Source: Lama glama
Lineage: Eukaryota
Assembly (NCBI GenBank): GCA_028534125.1
Contig: CM052816.1
Span: 57,724,001 to 57,788,000 of the forward strand
Direction of reading: 5' to 3'
DNA: 64,000 nt
In this document: in pieces, positions 23,247 to 35,335 of the stretch
How positions within the stretch are numbered: the stretch's first letter is position 1
How the letters are laid out: every line of letters begins with the position of its first letter
The notes under the pieces: model-generated
Seen by the model: only the letters and a program-made list of their open reading frames with translations
Told to the model about the DNA's origin: nothing
Databases searched by the model: none
Translations under genes and position numbers: made by a program

Positions 23247-23272
23247 CACACACACACACGCACACACACACA
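23247..23272. repeat. (CA)n microsatellite in the 3'UTR
   Basis: Read directly from the sequence. Confidence 0.95.
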
Positions 23273-24606
23273 GTATAAACACACACTTTTTATACTAGAA
23301 GATGACGCCTATGATGTTTATGATCATTTAATCTGTTTAAAAAGATACAGCCAGCCTCCAATGACTAATTATTTCTTCCTAGATGCTTGAATCACGATTC
23401 CAGTGAGTGGTGGTGACTGTAATGGGTGGGCTTAGCCCAGCAGGTAGGCACCGGCCTCTGACGAGTAAAGCAGTGCTGACAGGATGTCGCATACGTGTGA
23501 CTGACCATAAGCAGTAATCCTCTGGTACTGTGTCTGTGTTTATCTAAAAACTGCCTCTATGTGGGTAGTTTCAACTCTTATTTGTAGAGCTAGGTACTGT
23601 TTATTATCTTGCTTCCTGTCTCTCCAAAGTTTCCAATAGATATCTTTAGAAGACCTGGCCCACCTCTGACTGCTAGATGCTGGCTTTTTCTCTTAGCCAA
23701 GGTGCTTCCCCATCAGCCCCATCTAGTTCTCATCAGTCACACACATGCTTCGTCAAGTCCCTGATGCGTCCCTCCTGCCACCTTGCCTAAGGCTTCTTCC
23801 TCCGGCCTTACCACCACCACAAAGTGCCAAAGCTGCTTGGGTTTCCTCCTGCCGTCCCTGTCCCTCTTCAGAGGACCTGCAAAGGGGATGATGAAGGGAA
23901 GATTGTGGGTTTCTGTGGTTACAAGTACTATTCTGGGCCAAGAACCTGGCCAAGTCTTCAGAAGGGCAACTTACCTTCCATTCATTTCTATTAATATAGC
24001 TCATCATCGCCTCCGATGACATCACCCAGAGGCTGGCAGAGTTGTCTTTGAGGTGTCCAGCTCTTAGGGTCCTGTTACATAGTCATTCCTTCAGCAGCCA
24101 GGCCTTGAGGATCTGCTACAAAGGCTGCAGATTTCCAGTTTGTTCTGGGTGTGCCAAGCTGGAATTGGAGCCAGGAAACCTAGAATAGCAAGCTCTAGAA
24201 TTTTCTACCCAAAACGAATCATATGGCAGTGTTTGAGGAACAAGTTAATGTTGAGATGGAGAGAGTATGGTCTAGAATGGTGGTTTCCATGTTGTTTGTT
24301 GAGAAGCCAGAGGTCCCTCTTAGGCACTTCCAGAGCTGCTAGGGGAGAAGGCAAAATTCTCAGCCCTCATGCCCACCTTACTGTGAGTGGCTCAAATTCC
24401 ATCTGTTTTATGTGTTAGCCTTCCAAGTAAAATTTCATTTGGAGGGAGAAAAAAATGGGTCTAAGAAAAGTAATGAAAAATTGTTATGGAATGTCTTCTA
24501 AAGCCTGATTTTAGTTCTTGACTCTGAGTATGAGAGACTTAATTAGATATAGCCCAATGGTTATATGCACTGACCTTCTGAGAACCAAGGCTAAGACCTT
24601 GGTTTT

Positions 24607-24736
24607 GTTTGTGACCAACATCCTGATTTACCTGCAACAACCCTGGTTTATATTTCTTGTCCCAGGGTAATTACTGAGTGTCATGTTAATTCTCAAAAGT
24701 ATTCCCATTTGGGTAATAAATTATATGGACACTGTA
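24607..24736 (-). mobile_element. MER94-like hAT-Blackjack element within the 3'UTR
   Basis: gtgaccaacatcctgattt...ctcaaaagtattcccatttgggtaataaattatatggacactgta. Confidence 0.65.
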
Positions 24737-25488
24737 TGTGTAAGTACAGTGCTAAAGGAAGGGTTGGCCAACCTTGCTCAATGAGCTAATTAACCAGAAT
24801 GCAAGCCTGAATGAGAAGTCATGAGGCCATCCTCAGAGAATTAAGGGATGAAACCATCCAAAGGTCCTCAGCACTCCAGGGACCAGGACAGCATGATATA
24901 TATCACATTGTGACACTCTGAGTATAGGTCACTACCAAATGGTTTCCAGGCTTTTGACCACTGTCTTTGAAACAACCAGCTGACCCAGCCAAGTAGCATA
25001 TTTTTCTTTTATCCTTTTTATTAGGCTTATGATTGCCCCCTCTTGTTGCCTTTCAACTCATTCTCTTTTTTTTTTTTTTTTTAACAATTTGACTTGCCAC
25101 TGGCCATGAGACTGAGGCCAACCTTCCATGACCCTGCAGGGGTAACTGGTATATTTGTATATGAGTAGTTGCATGAGACAGCCTTATGTGCATACTGTAT
25201 TTATTAAGCCCTGAAGGCATTTAATAAAATATTAACATTGTGTTTGGAATTACGATCTTTGTCTGCTTTGCTAGAACAAAATGTAACAGAGCTAACATTT
25301 AAAATCCTTCACATATTTGGACAATATTACACCAAATGTTGATTTTGTACAGAATTCTGGCTCGCTATTTAAAACTAAAACTCCAAGTGTGTAGCAGCCC
25401 AAGTTGTGAATATTGCTTTCTGCTTCAGAGAAAAAGCAGTTTACCTGAAAATAGCATTGCTATAACCTGTGTTTTGTTAATTTAAGCA

Positions 25489-25494
25489 AATAAA
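25489..25494 (+). terminator. Candidate distal polyadenylation signal AATAAA
   Basis: AATAAA preceded by U-rich tgtgttttgttaattt and followed ~17 nt later by GU-rich tgtgttaattatttgtg. Confidence 0.55.
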
Positions 25495-25838
25495 AGCATG
25501 TTGAAAAAGCTGTGTTAATTATTTGTGAATACCTGAAATTTTGCAAGGACGCTACCGTTGTCACCGTCTTACTCCTGCCCTCATACCTTCTTCCAGACTG
25601 GTTCCCCTTGGTGGGGGCCTTGACCTGTGGGAGAGGCAGTTGTCAGATTCTCCCTCCTTTGAGGTCCGAAAAGATTAATGAACCTCAGCCCATCAGCAGG
25701 CAAGTGACCTCTTCCTAATCCTTTTCTCTACTATTTGGAAAAATCAGTTCTGGAATGGTGTCATGAAGAAGTGGAGGGTTAGAGGCAAGATTGCTTTAAT
25801 CTGCATCAAGTTCTTTGTGCAATAAAGTTCAACCCAAA

Positions 25839-26085
25839 GGCAGTATACTCTAGTGGGCAGGAGCACGGATCCTGGTGCCAGGTTCCTGAATTCAAAGCCC
25901 AGCTGTCCCACTTCCAATCTTTGGGACCTGAGAACAGTTTGTGACCTATTCTCTGTGCCTCGGTTTCCTCATCTGTAAAATGGGACTAGGAACAATACCT
26001 TCTTCATTGGATTATTTTATGGGTTAAAGGAGTTAATATATGAAGATGCTCACATTGTACACTATGTAAGAATTAGCTGTTATAA
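25839..26085 (+). mobile_element. Near full-length MIR
   Basis: ctctgtgcctcggtttcctcatctgtaaaatggga core, with head and tail present. Confidence 0.85.
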
Positions 26086-26199
26086 TCACCATCAGTGAAA
26101 TGGCCAGAAAACTGAACACGCAGCTCTCCTGCCTCAGCAGAGCACTCACAAAGCTGTGTTGGTGTGGGAAGTTGTCTATTTCTGAGGGAGGTTCCCTTT

Positions 26200-26360
26200 T
26201 CAACGTTATATGCCAAGCACTGTGCCAGGTGACTTGCACACTTGAGCACACTTCAGCCTCACACAAGCTGAGAGGCAAAGGTTGTTATCTCAGTTTTACT
26301 GAGGAGGAAATGGAGGTTCGGGAGAGTGAAATAACTTACTCCAAATTACTTAGTTCGCAA
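26200..26360 (-). mobile_element. MIR fragment
   Basis: tatgccaagcactgtgccagg...gaggaaatggaggttcgggagagtgaaataactt. Confidence 0.7.
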
Positions 26361-26390
26361 ATTCCTCCTTTGACCTCCCAGCATATAGCC

Positions 26391-26794
26391 TGCAGTAGGT
26401 TGGGTTCCCTGAAAGTAGATGCTGAGACAAATTTGGGTTCAGGATGTTTCTTAAGAGATCACCACCAGTGAAAAGTAGGAGGAGGAAAGAAGATTGAGCA
26501 GAGAGTAAAGCCAGACTGTGATGCGGGCCTGATCATGCCTCCCCCAACGTGTCAGAGTTGTGCCACCCTGGGCAGGGATGGCTAGGCCTTTGGGCTCCAC
26601 CTTGCTCATTCACCAGATATGAGCTGCCTGGGAAGGACATGACCTCAGGAAAGTGTGGCTCTGCAGCTGAGGCAGGCCCCAAGGGAAGAGGGAGCTGAGG
26701 AGCTGGTGGCTGGAGGCATGTGCTGACTCCCCACAGCTCGGCATGAGGCCTCCTTTGAGGAGAGACTGGTTGACTCATCTCTGCCTCTCCCACA
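26391..26794 (-). mobile_element. ERVL-class 3' LTR (LTR40/LTR41-like; subfamily uncertain)
   Basis: TG...CA boundaries (tgcagtaggttgggttccctg ... ctcccaca). It directly abuts ERV-L internal sequence through a PPT-like gcctccacctt. Confidence 0.7.
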
Positions 26795-28630
26795 GCCTCC
26801 ACCTTGCATCGCTCCAACCCTCTCCTTCATGTTCAGTCATGGAACTGCTCCCGGATTCCAGGGGGCTCCTCTCCCTGAGGGAAAAGTAAGAAGAGGAAGA
26901 TGACTGAGCTCCACTTGAGCCCCATTGCTGCAGTTAGTCTAGGAGACACACTGGTGTTCATCTTCTCCTTCCTCCACTTTCTGTCTAGATAACTCTCACC
27001 AATGGATACCACCTCTCCAGGCTCAGTGGCTTTCCAGGTGGTGCGACCCAGATCCCCACCTCCAGAGGGTCTGAGCCTTGGTCATCATGTTGCTGTGGAC
27101 TGAATGTTTTCGTCCCCACCAAAATGTATATGTTGAAGCTTTATCCTCTAGTGAGATGGTATTGGAGGTAGGACATTTGGCAGTTGATTAGGTTTTGATA
27201 AGGTCATGAACGTGGAGCCCCCATGATGGGATTAGTGCTAAGATCAGAGTCTTCTCTCTCTCTACAATGTAAGGACACAGCGAGAAGGCGGCCCTCTGCA
27301 CACCAGGAGGAGGATCCTCACCAGACACAGAAGGTGCCAGCACCTGACCCTGGACTCCCCAGCCTCCAGAACTGTGAGAAATCCATCTTTGTTGTTTAAG
27401 TCACTCGGTCCATGATATTTTGTTATAGCAGCCCAAGTGGGCTGAGACAGATGCCCATCTCAAAATGGGCTTGTTGTACCTGTTCGTTTACAGTCACAGG
27501 TGGGGAAGGAAACACCAAAAGACCCCAAGGAGGTCACCTGGGTTCCACACATACTCCTCCCTGACCCCTGTGTAACAACAACTCTACTTTCTCCTATCAG
27601 GTCATTTACCTTTGCCAAGAGGGTGACTCCCTTCCTTGACTGCTGGTCCCTGGAGACAAGGCATGAAAAGTGCCCAGGTGACAGACATGACTTACAATTC
27701 AATGGTACTTTTGCTGTGCTCCAGGTTAAAGTGTACCTTCTTTGAGGAGAACTTCTAACCCTGCAGAGCCCAGAGTTACACGGATGAGAAATACAAAGTC
27801 CCCTAGCATGTCACTATGAGTGAAGGCAAGTAGGGCTACTCCTGCTTCCACCTTCGGTCCCCAGACCCATGCATTCTTCCTGTGGAGGACATAGGGCCAT
27901 ATAAAATTCTTTGATTCAGTGCTTATATTGGAGGATGACACTCCATCCCTGTGGAGTATTTCCTCCAAGAAGAACTCTAGAGAGCTGGCTGGCCACTTCT
28001 GGGTAGGGTGTATGTGATATGACCAGTAGATCCTGTGGCCATGGACCCATCTCTCACCTCATTTACTATAATGTGAATCCTATGGTTTCATGTGACATTA
28101 TATAGGGTTCTATGCCAGTAGAACAAACACGCCATAACCCTACCTCTTACGTGGTAGTGCTGGCTGAGGTCCTAGCAGCAGAAAGAGCAAATCTACATCT
28201 AAAGTATGTGTTTATTTCTGTGACAAAGAACTACTGGTTCTCCAAGACAAAAGGGACTCAATGTAGTCAACTTCTTACCAAGTGAGTAACTGATCTTCCT
28301 GAGCAATGGTGCCAAATTAGAAGCTCAGCACCTGTCTTTGTTGCTGGTATGGTGGATATTCAGCAATAGGTCAGCCTTGATAGAGTCAGCTCATGCTGTT
28401 GGGCCCATGTGTAGCCTCCATCTCTGCCACTGTGTCCACTTCATTCCTATGCAATTTGTTCTAGCACTGGAGTGGCTATTGACAGAAGGCTGAAGTCAAC
28501 TGGCAAGGTCATTTGTCTGCCTATTTACTGTCCATCCATGGTGGATCCTATATGATAGGTGTTAACATGTGATACGAAGATTTTCATACTTTGTGTTTAC
28601 TCCCATACATCTATCCACACACCTTAACTC
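26795..28630 (-). pseudogene. Decayed ERV-L internal region: RNase H end, integrase, dUTPase
   Basis: Minus-strand peptide remnants KIFVSHVN, SGHSGRDGGYTWAQQH, W*EVDYIE, HGHRIYWSYH, TLGSAGLEVL and LSPGHFSCLVSRDQQSRKGVTLLAKVND resemble HERV-L/MuERV-L pol and dut in order. Many stops and frameshifts. Confidence 0.88.
27091..27449 (+). mobile_element. MLT1A-like MaLR solo LTR nested in the ERV-L
   Basis: tgctgtggactgaatg...cagcctccagaactgtgagaaat...ttgttatagcagccc...gagaca, with TG/CA ends. Flanks catgt/gatgc may be a decayed 5-bp TSD. Confidence 0.9.
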
Positions 28631-28639
28631 TAGATAGAC

Positions 28640-29090
28640 AATAATAGTGAATATCTACTTTAATCAGAGTAATCAGGGTTTGCCTTTCTGAAGGAGTGAC
28701 ACTGAATTTGAGAACTGAAGGACAGAGGGAGTCAGCGATGGCGGAAACAAGGGGGAGAGCAATTCGGGCAGAGCAGACAGCATGTGCAAAGGTCGTGGTA
28801 CAGGGAACACGGCCAAGGAGGGAAGGACAGCGCAGAGAACACAGCAGGAGAGGGAAGGTGAAGCCAGGTGAGGCTGACACGGAAAGCTGCTGCGCATGGG
28901 GGTGAAATAATGAGATTCACATTTTCTAAACCTCATTCTGACTCTCATGTGGTTAGAAGGAAGCCAGGATGATGCCGGGAGAACATTAAGAAGCAGTTTT
29001 AATAGCCTGTGAAAGAAAATACTGGCCTGGATTAGAAAGGTAGCAAAGAGGAAGTGAGACATGGGTGGTTCCAAATCTGTTTTGGGGTCC
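28640..29090 (-). mobile_element. L2 fragment
   Basis: gtgacactgaatttgagaactgaagga...cagcatgtgcaaagg, typical antisense L2. Confidence 0.7.
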
Positions 29091-31804
29091 AATTGACTTG
29101 TTCAACTGAAGGCAAATTTTAATAGCACGATAAATGCTTATTTTTCTAAGCACAAAATAAAGCACTACTTACTATAAAGTCTATCTCCTCACATAATGAC
29201 AGTAAGGATGGATGCGATTTTTACAGCTATCATGAAACTCATGTTCTTTACTCGATTGGCAGGAGAGTGTGTTTGCCAAGTAATATGTGTAAAAGTAAGT
29301 CCGTCTCAGTTTTGTTCTGGGTTACAGTTGGTAAAGAAGGAAATAGTCAAGACTGAAGGAGACAATGAAGCTTCTCAGACACAGATTCTGGGAAGAAATG
29401 GCAGCAGTGAAGACAAATGGGCACAGAACTAGAAATCAGAAAACCAGTGAAAACAGGCTAGAACTCCAAGACTATAAGGTGAGGTTCAAAGAGTCCTTTA
29501 CATTTCCACAGCCCTGGGGACATCTCTGACCCTGCTAGTAAAATAGTACACGTTTGTGGTAATGGACTTGCACGGTCAAAGAACAGTCCATCGTCTCTAC
29601 CATATTTACTAATTAAATGCACTCCAAATCCATTTTCATTTTGAACTATTCAATTCTCAAAATGACAGTCCAGTTATCTGGAAAACTTTATCCAGGGCAC
29701 ATATTATTTTGCAACACTGCAAAATAAACTCGATGTTGTCGTATTTTAAGTCCCAAAGTGAATTGGCCTTTGGCACCACAGACAGCATCTTGAGAAATAA
29801 AAAACAAAAATGTGTGGCAGGAGTCTGTCCTTGCCCTTAAGGAACATGCAGTTCTTTCAGGCCTATGGAGGCTGGCAGGAATGCCACTCAGAGTTTTTCA
29901 AACCTCCTTACTCCAAATGACCAAAGCCTTAGAAAGCTAAAAACTTTGTCCTCCCTGTGAAAACCCAGGTGTGAACACAACCTCGTTCCCTGAAGCACTG
30001 TGGAATTTCATTTTTTGCCCCGTAGAGCTGAGCCAAGTGTAACTTCCAGTCCCATTATGAACTTGCTCTGCAAGCGGAGGAAGACGAGCTCATTTGAGAG
30101 CTGGGGAGTGACCCTTATAGGGTCTCTGGGGACCCAGTATCAGTGGCGCTCACTGTTTCCTCTTCCCTGGATGCAACAATATAGTAAGAGAGAAAAAAAG
30201 GAGGTTGGCTCTTTTCATGATTTTCCTTTTTAATATTTGTTGAAAATGGAACTGTGTTCTCTTGATCCTTCAAACAAATGGAGGGGAAGTGGAAGCCCAA
30301 AAGTTTCTCTTAGGTTCCCCGGAGAGGGTGTCTGTGTTTGTAGTGTGATGTGGGAAAAGTCCTTGTGTATCTGCTGCATTGTCACGTCGTGCCAGAGTGA
30401 TTTGCAATAGGAAGTGTGGGATGAATACAATTTCTATGGAAGAGAAAGTGATGGAGCCACAGTCTTTGAATCAAAGATCTCAATTTGTCCTTCATCTCTA
30501 AGACGTGCTTCCCTGACCTCCGCCCCACCATCTTTATTAGATGATGAAAGAAACACAAGAACACTCTGTGAACTTGACCCAAACAGTAAGTCCAGCCAGA
30601 AATCCTTGCTATTCAGAACGCACTTGGGCAGGGAGGGGAGAGGGGGAGCGTGCTTGGAAGGACATGCCGGAGATCACAGAGGCAATGGGGAAGGGAGGCT
30701 ATTAAAGTTTCTGGCATCGTACCCAAAGAATCATTTCAAACCGATGTTTGAAATATGCATTTTGAGACTTTTCACTGGGCAGATCCTAATAAACAAATGG
30801 TCTTTGGAAGGAGAATGGAGAGGTACATTAAGAGATATCTAAAGGGATTACAAAGATACTTCCTTCATTTTAGCAATTCATCATATTGAGCATGCTGGCA
30901 AATGATTTTGTTTCTTCTTCTAGAAAGTTGTAATAATGAAACTGGTCTCCAACCATGTCAGGTGAGGGAATAGATGAGGAAGAATCTATTAATCATTCTG
31001 GACTTGCAGACACGATAGCTGTGTCATTTGCCACTGTTGGAGGGTAGCTTCCCCTCTAACCTGTAGCAAGTCTAGTGAAGAAAACAGCTTCACTTAGAGT
31101 GGTAGGTTATCCAAGTCAGACTGTTATTTAAAATCTTCAGCCATGGTTTTGCAAGACTGTATATATACAGCATTGAATCAGCAGCCTTTTCTCACTCCTT
31201 AAAAATCAACTGAAAATCAAAGAAGTATGAAATTCCCAGCAATAGCCAAGTCTTTATAGTAAGAAAGAGAAAGAATCAAAGCAAGGTTATCCAGAGCCTT
31301 AGAAACATACAATGACAATGTCAGCCTCCCATGGGACGTTTGATAAACAGTCATCAAATATGATGATGCATCTCTGTGAAGCAAGCACTGCAGACAGGGT
31401 CTAATCCCCTTAGAAGTCACTCTGAGCACCTATCTGAAGAACGCAGATGATTTTGTGAATTCCAAAGAGCTTGTCTTTCCAAAACTCCGTGTGCCTCCAC
31501 GATGCTAATCCTCTTACCTTCCTGCAGGGACACTTCACTTTTGATCTCAGGTTTATCTAATCAAATGCTTCTCCTTATTCAGACAGTTAGCTCTGTGAGC
31601 CAAGGGCTTGGCCACCGCTGTACCACCTCTGGCAAGTTTTTAGACAGACTTGAGATTGGATGTGACCACTCTCTCTGCTTCTCCTTGGAATGCTGTAGGA
31701 AGGATATAAAATTGATACATGAACTTACCAGGAAGATTCTTCAAGGGGACCTGTACAAAATGCTGCTTTTCAAAAATTATGATTAATTAAAGCTCTATGG
31801 AGAA

Positions 31805-32000
31805 TGAGGGGGCATCCAGAATAGTGATGTGAGGATCCCAGTGAAACTTTGCCCCCAGACAGACCTATTAAACTAGTAAAAATTAGCAAAAAACAACCAT
31901 TTGAAATCTCTGGAGATTGCCCAAAGGTCTTACAACAATGTAAGACATATTTATTCAACAAAACCTACAGAAACTCAGTAACAGCAGTGGAAGACATGGC
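31805..32000 (+). mobile_element. Old L1 5'-end fragment (L1M-type)
   Basis: ctctggagattgcccaaagg...tttattcaacaaaacctacagaaactcagtaa resembles old L1 5'UTR. Confidence 0.45.
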
Positions 32001-32459
32001 TGCACCAGTCCCACCTACCCACATCTATGTTGTGGAAGATTGTTGCAGTGGGCTTGACGGCCAATTGCCAATTCCCATCTCCCCAGCTCCATGCAGAGGA
32101 CCTATCCTGGGTGGGCAGACAGGCAGTGGTGCCAAGTTCCCTAGCTCAAACCTCTGCTCATTAAGGAGGAGCTGAGTGGGGCAGCTGTGGGCACAGTCTC
32201 TCCTCCCCCCACAGCCCTGTGTTGTGGAAGAGTCATTTCAGTGGAATTAGAAGCTAAGTGGCAGCTCCCAACTCCCCTAGTTCCTGGGGTAGGAAAACCA
32301 TTCTAGGCCAGCTGAGCAGCCAGTGAATGTCAGCAGGTCCTAGTTCTGTGGATTCTGTGCTCTGGAACACCTATTCTGAGGGAGGTGGCAGCAGCTGATG
32401 GTGGTCCTGGTAAAATACTGTGAATATAATTAACACAGTCACTTGTTTTACAATATATT

Positions 32460-33178
32460 CTTTCTTACTGTGGTAAAATATATGTAGCACAAAAATGGCC
32501 ATTTAAATCATTTTAAGTGTGCAATTTAGTGGTATTAGGTACATTATGTTGTACAACCTCTATTTATTTCCCTCAAATTTTCGTCATCCCAGACAGAAAC
32601 TTTGTACCCACACGAAAAAAAATAACCATCCCCTCTCCTTCGCCTCTGGTAACCTGTATTCTGCTTTGTGGCTCTATAACTTTGGCGACTCTAGATAACT
32701 TCATGTAAGTGTCATCACACAATATTTGTCTTTTGTGTCTGTCTTATTTTACTTAATGTTTTCAGGGTTTATCTGTGTTGTAGCATGTATCAAAATTTCA
32801 TTCCGTCTTCAGACTGAATTGTATATATATACCACATTTGTTTATCCATTCATCTGTCTTGTAGTGAACAGTTGGGTTGTTGCCACCTTTTGGCTGTTGT
32901 AAACGATGCTGTTATGAACATTCATGTAGAAAATATCTGTTTAAGTCCCTACTTTTTAATTCTTTAGGGTCTATATCTACTGGGTCATATGGTAGTTCTG
33001 TTTAACTTTTTGAAGAACCACCAAACTGTTTTCCACAGTGGCCACACCATTTTACATTCCCATCAGCAATGTACAAAGGTTCCAATTTCTCCACATCCTT
33101 TCCAATGCTTGTAATTTTCCATTTTTTGGATAAGAGCCATCTTAATGGGTGTGAGATGGTATCTCATTGTGATCGTAA
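32460..33178 (-). mobile_element. L1 (L1MB-like) 3' end
   Basis: tgtggtaaaatat...aaccaccaaactgttttccacagtggccacaccattttacattcccatcagcaatg...atggtatctcattgtg. Confidence 0.9.
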
Positions 33179-33432
33179 TTTTTAAACTAAAACATTTAAA
33201 TTCCTTTATCTGTTCAGCTGTTAATGCTGAGATCCATATTTCATTTTACAATCTACTTGTTTTTTCTCATGAATATAAAAATAGAAAATTAAAAATGGGC
33301 TGGAGCTCTTTCCTTGTAAATAGAAACTGGATGCCCCAGTCATTTATGTGGTTTTTATCCCTGTTGTCTTGCTCATTTTTATACCTCCTGTCCTTCAAAG
33401 GACAAAGACTGCTTGAGTTTTGAAAAGAAGCA

Positions 33433-33878
33433 TTTTTTTAATTGAAATATAGTTGATTTACAATATAGTGTTAGTTTCAGGTGTACAGCAAAGTGATTTT
33501 TGGTTATATAAAAGTACATATATATATATATATATATACTTTTTGAGATTCTTTTCCATTATAGGTTATTATAAGAAATTGATTATAGTCCCCTGTGCTA
33601 TACAGTAGTCCTTGTTGTTTGTCTATTTTATATATACTTGTATATATTTGTTAATCCCAAGCTCTTAATTTATCCCTCTTAATTTATAACAAAATTATCC
33701 CCTTTGTTAACCATAAATTTGTTTTCTGTGTCTGTGAGTCTGTTTCTGTTTTGTAAATAAATTCATTTGTATTGTTTTTTTAGATTCCACATATATCATA
33801 TAATATTTGTCTTTCTCTGTCTGACTTAGTTCACTTAGTATGATATTCTCTAGGTCCATTCATATTGTTGCAAATGGC

Positions 33879-33940
<62 letters not shown>

Positions 33941-34500
33941 AGTGGTGGTACTGGGGATTGTATCTAGAACCTAGTGCATGCTAAGCACATGCTCTACCAC
34001 TGAGCTATATCCTCCCCCTACAAATGGCATTCCTTTTTATGACTGAGTGATATTCCATTGTATCTATCTATCTAGATATATATATATACCTATATATATA
34101 TACATATATGTATACATATATACACACATACACACACACACACACATACCACATCTTCTTTATTCATTTATCTGTTGATGGACACTTAGGTTGCTTCCAT
34201 GTCTTGGCTGTTGTAAATAGTGCTGCTTGAACACTGGAGTACAAGTTTCTTTTCAAATTAGAGTTTTTGTCTTTTCTGGATACATGCCCAGGAGTGGGAT
34301 TGCTGGATTATATGGTAACTCTACTTTTAGTTTTTTTAAGGAAACGCCATTCTGTTCTCCATAGTGGCTGCACCAAATTACACTCCTACCAACAGTGTAG
34401 GGGGGTTCCCTTTCCTCCACACCCTCTCCAGAAATTATCTGTAGACTTTTTGACAATAGCCTTTCCACCAATGTGAGGTGATACCTTATTGTAGTTTTGA
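33433..34500 (-). mobile_element. Younger 5'-truncated L1 with TSD ttgaaaagaag and an internal SINE insertion
   Basis: ttttttaattgaaatatagttgatttacaat... through ...gtgaggtgataccttattgtagttttga. Direct repeats at 33420-33430 and 34507-34517. The minus ORF 34253-34471 is an L1 ORF2 C-terminal remnant ([15 protein letters not shown]). Confidence 0.92.
33879..34018 (-). mobile_element. tRNA-Ala-derived SINE (camelid Vic-1 type) with (TA)n tail and TSD caaatggc
   Basis: Reverse complement gggggaggatatagctcagtggtagagcatgtgcttagcatgcactaggttctagatacaatccccagtacc (A box intact, B box degenerate). TSD at 33871-33878 and 34021-34028. Confidence 0.88.
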
Positions 34501-34521
34501 TCTGGATTGAAAAGAAGTCTG

Positions 34522-34611
34522 TTTTTTTAATTGAGGTATAGTCAGTTTACAATGTTGTGTCAATTTCTGCTGTATAGCACAATGCTTTAGTCATACATGA
34601 ACATACATACA
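34522..34611 (-). mobile_element. Second, ~90-bp L1 3' stub
   Basis: tttttttaattgaggtatagtcagtttacaatgttgtgtcaatttctg..., followed by a third tgaaaagaa at 34612-34620. Confidence 0.8.
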
Positions 34612-35213
34612 TGAAAAGAATTCTTAATTCCAGTTGTTTTATTTTGTTTTACTAGTCCACTTTCTTGTTTGTTCTCAATTATATGTCCCCTTGACCCTGA
34701 ATTTCTACGTGAGCTAATAGCTATAGCAAGCTGGCTGTACCTTGGGTTGACTTGTAAAATTTGTACCAAAAAGACCTGGGTTAGCCTTTCCTGGGACTTG
34801 TCTGTCAGTAGTGGGCAGAGCTGCATCTTCTTTTGGGTGGTGACATGCATGCACATGGAAACAGTAAAGCATGTATCCAACCAAGATCTGAGTTGCTGGG
34901 AAGTGTCTGTCTATAACCTTGTCCAAGCTTTCAAATTTTAAACTCTAAAAACTTTTAAAAACAAAAAGCTAAAAAACAAAACAAAACAAAAAAACCTTTG
35001 TGAGACATTTGTTTGTTTAGAAAGAACCGATGTGGCTAATTTAGTACTAACATGTGAGTCATTTAGTGATCAAAACCTATACTTAGCCTCTAAAACTAGG
35101 GAACAGATCTATTCATCAAAACCTTGTTACTTACTCTTAAAATTAAAAATCTGTCTGTAGTATTGCCAACCATTATTTTCCCATTTGAAATTTTTTAAAG
35201 GGGCATCAGCAAC

Positions 35214-35335
35214 TTCATTTACTCATTTAATGAATGTTTATTGAGCACCTGCTACATGACAGGCACAATGCTGAGAGGCTCAGGAGATGCCAGAATGAGC
35301 ATCATGGACACTGTCACTGCCCCAAATAAACTTGG
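35214..35335 (-). mobile_element. L2 3' end fragment
   Basis: ttcatttactcatttaatgaatgtttattgagcacctgctacatgacaggcac. Confidence 0.75.

Larger units (their letters stand above)
21981..25515 (+). other. ZNF366: Probable ZNF366 3'UTR (long form)
   Basis: Follows the stop codon. AT-rich and UTR-like, with ATTAAA at 22432 and AATAAA at 25223 and 25489. MIR and ERV sequence resumes from ~25.84 kb. The end position is inferred. Confidence 0.6.

Noticed and set aside
33943..34018. tRNA-Ala gene call for this element and for 35737-35810
   Set aside because: TSDs, simple-repeat or A-rich tails and stem mismatches show they are SINE copies, not tRNA genes.
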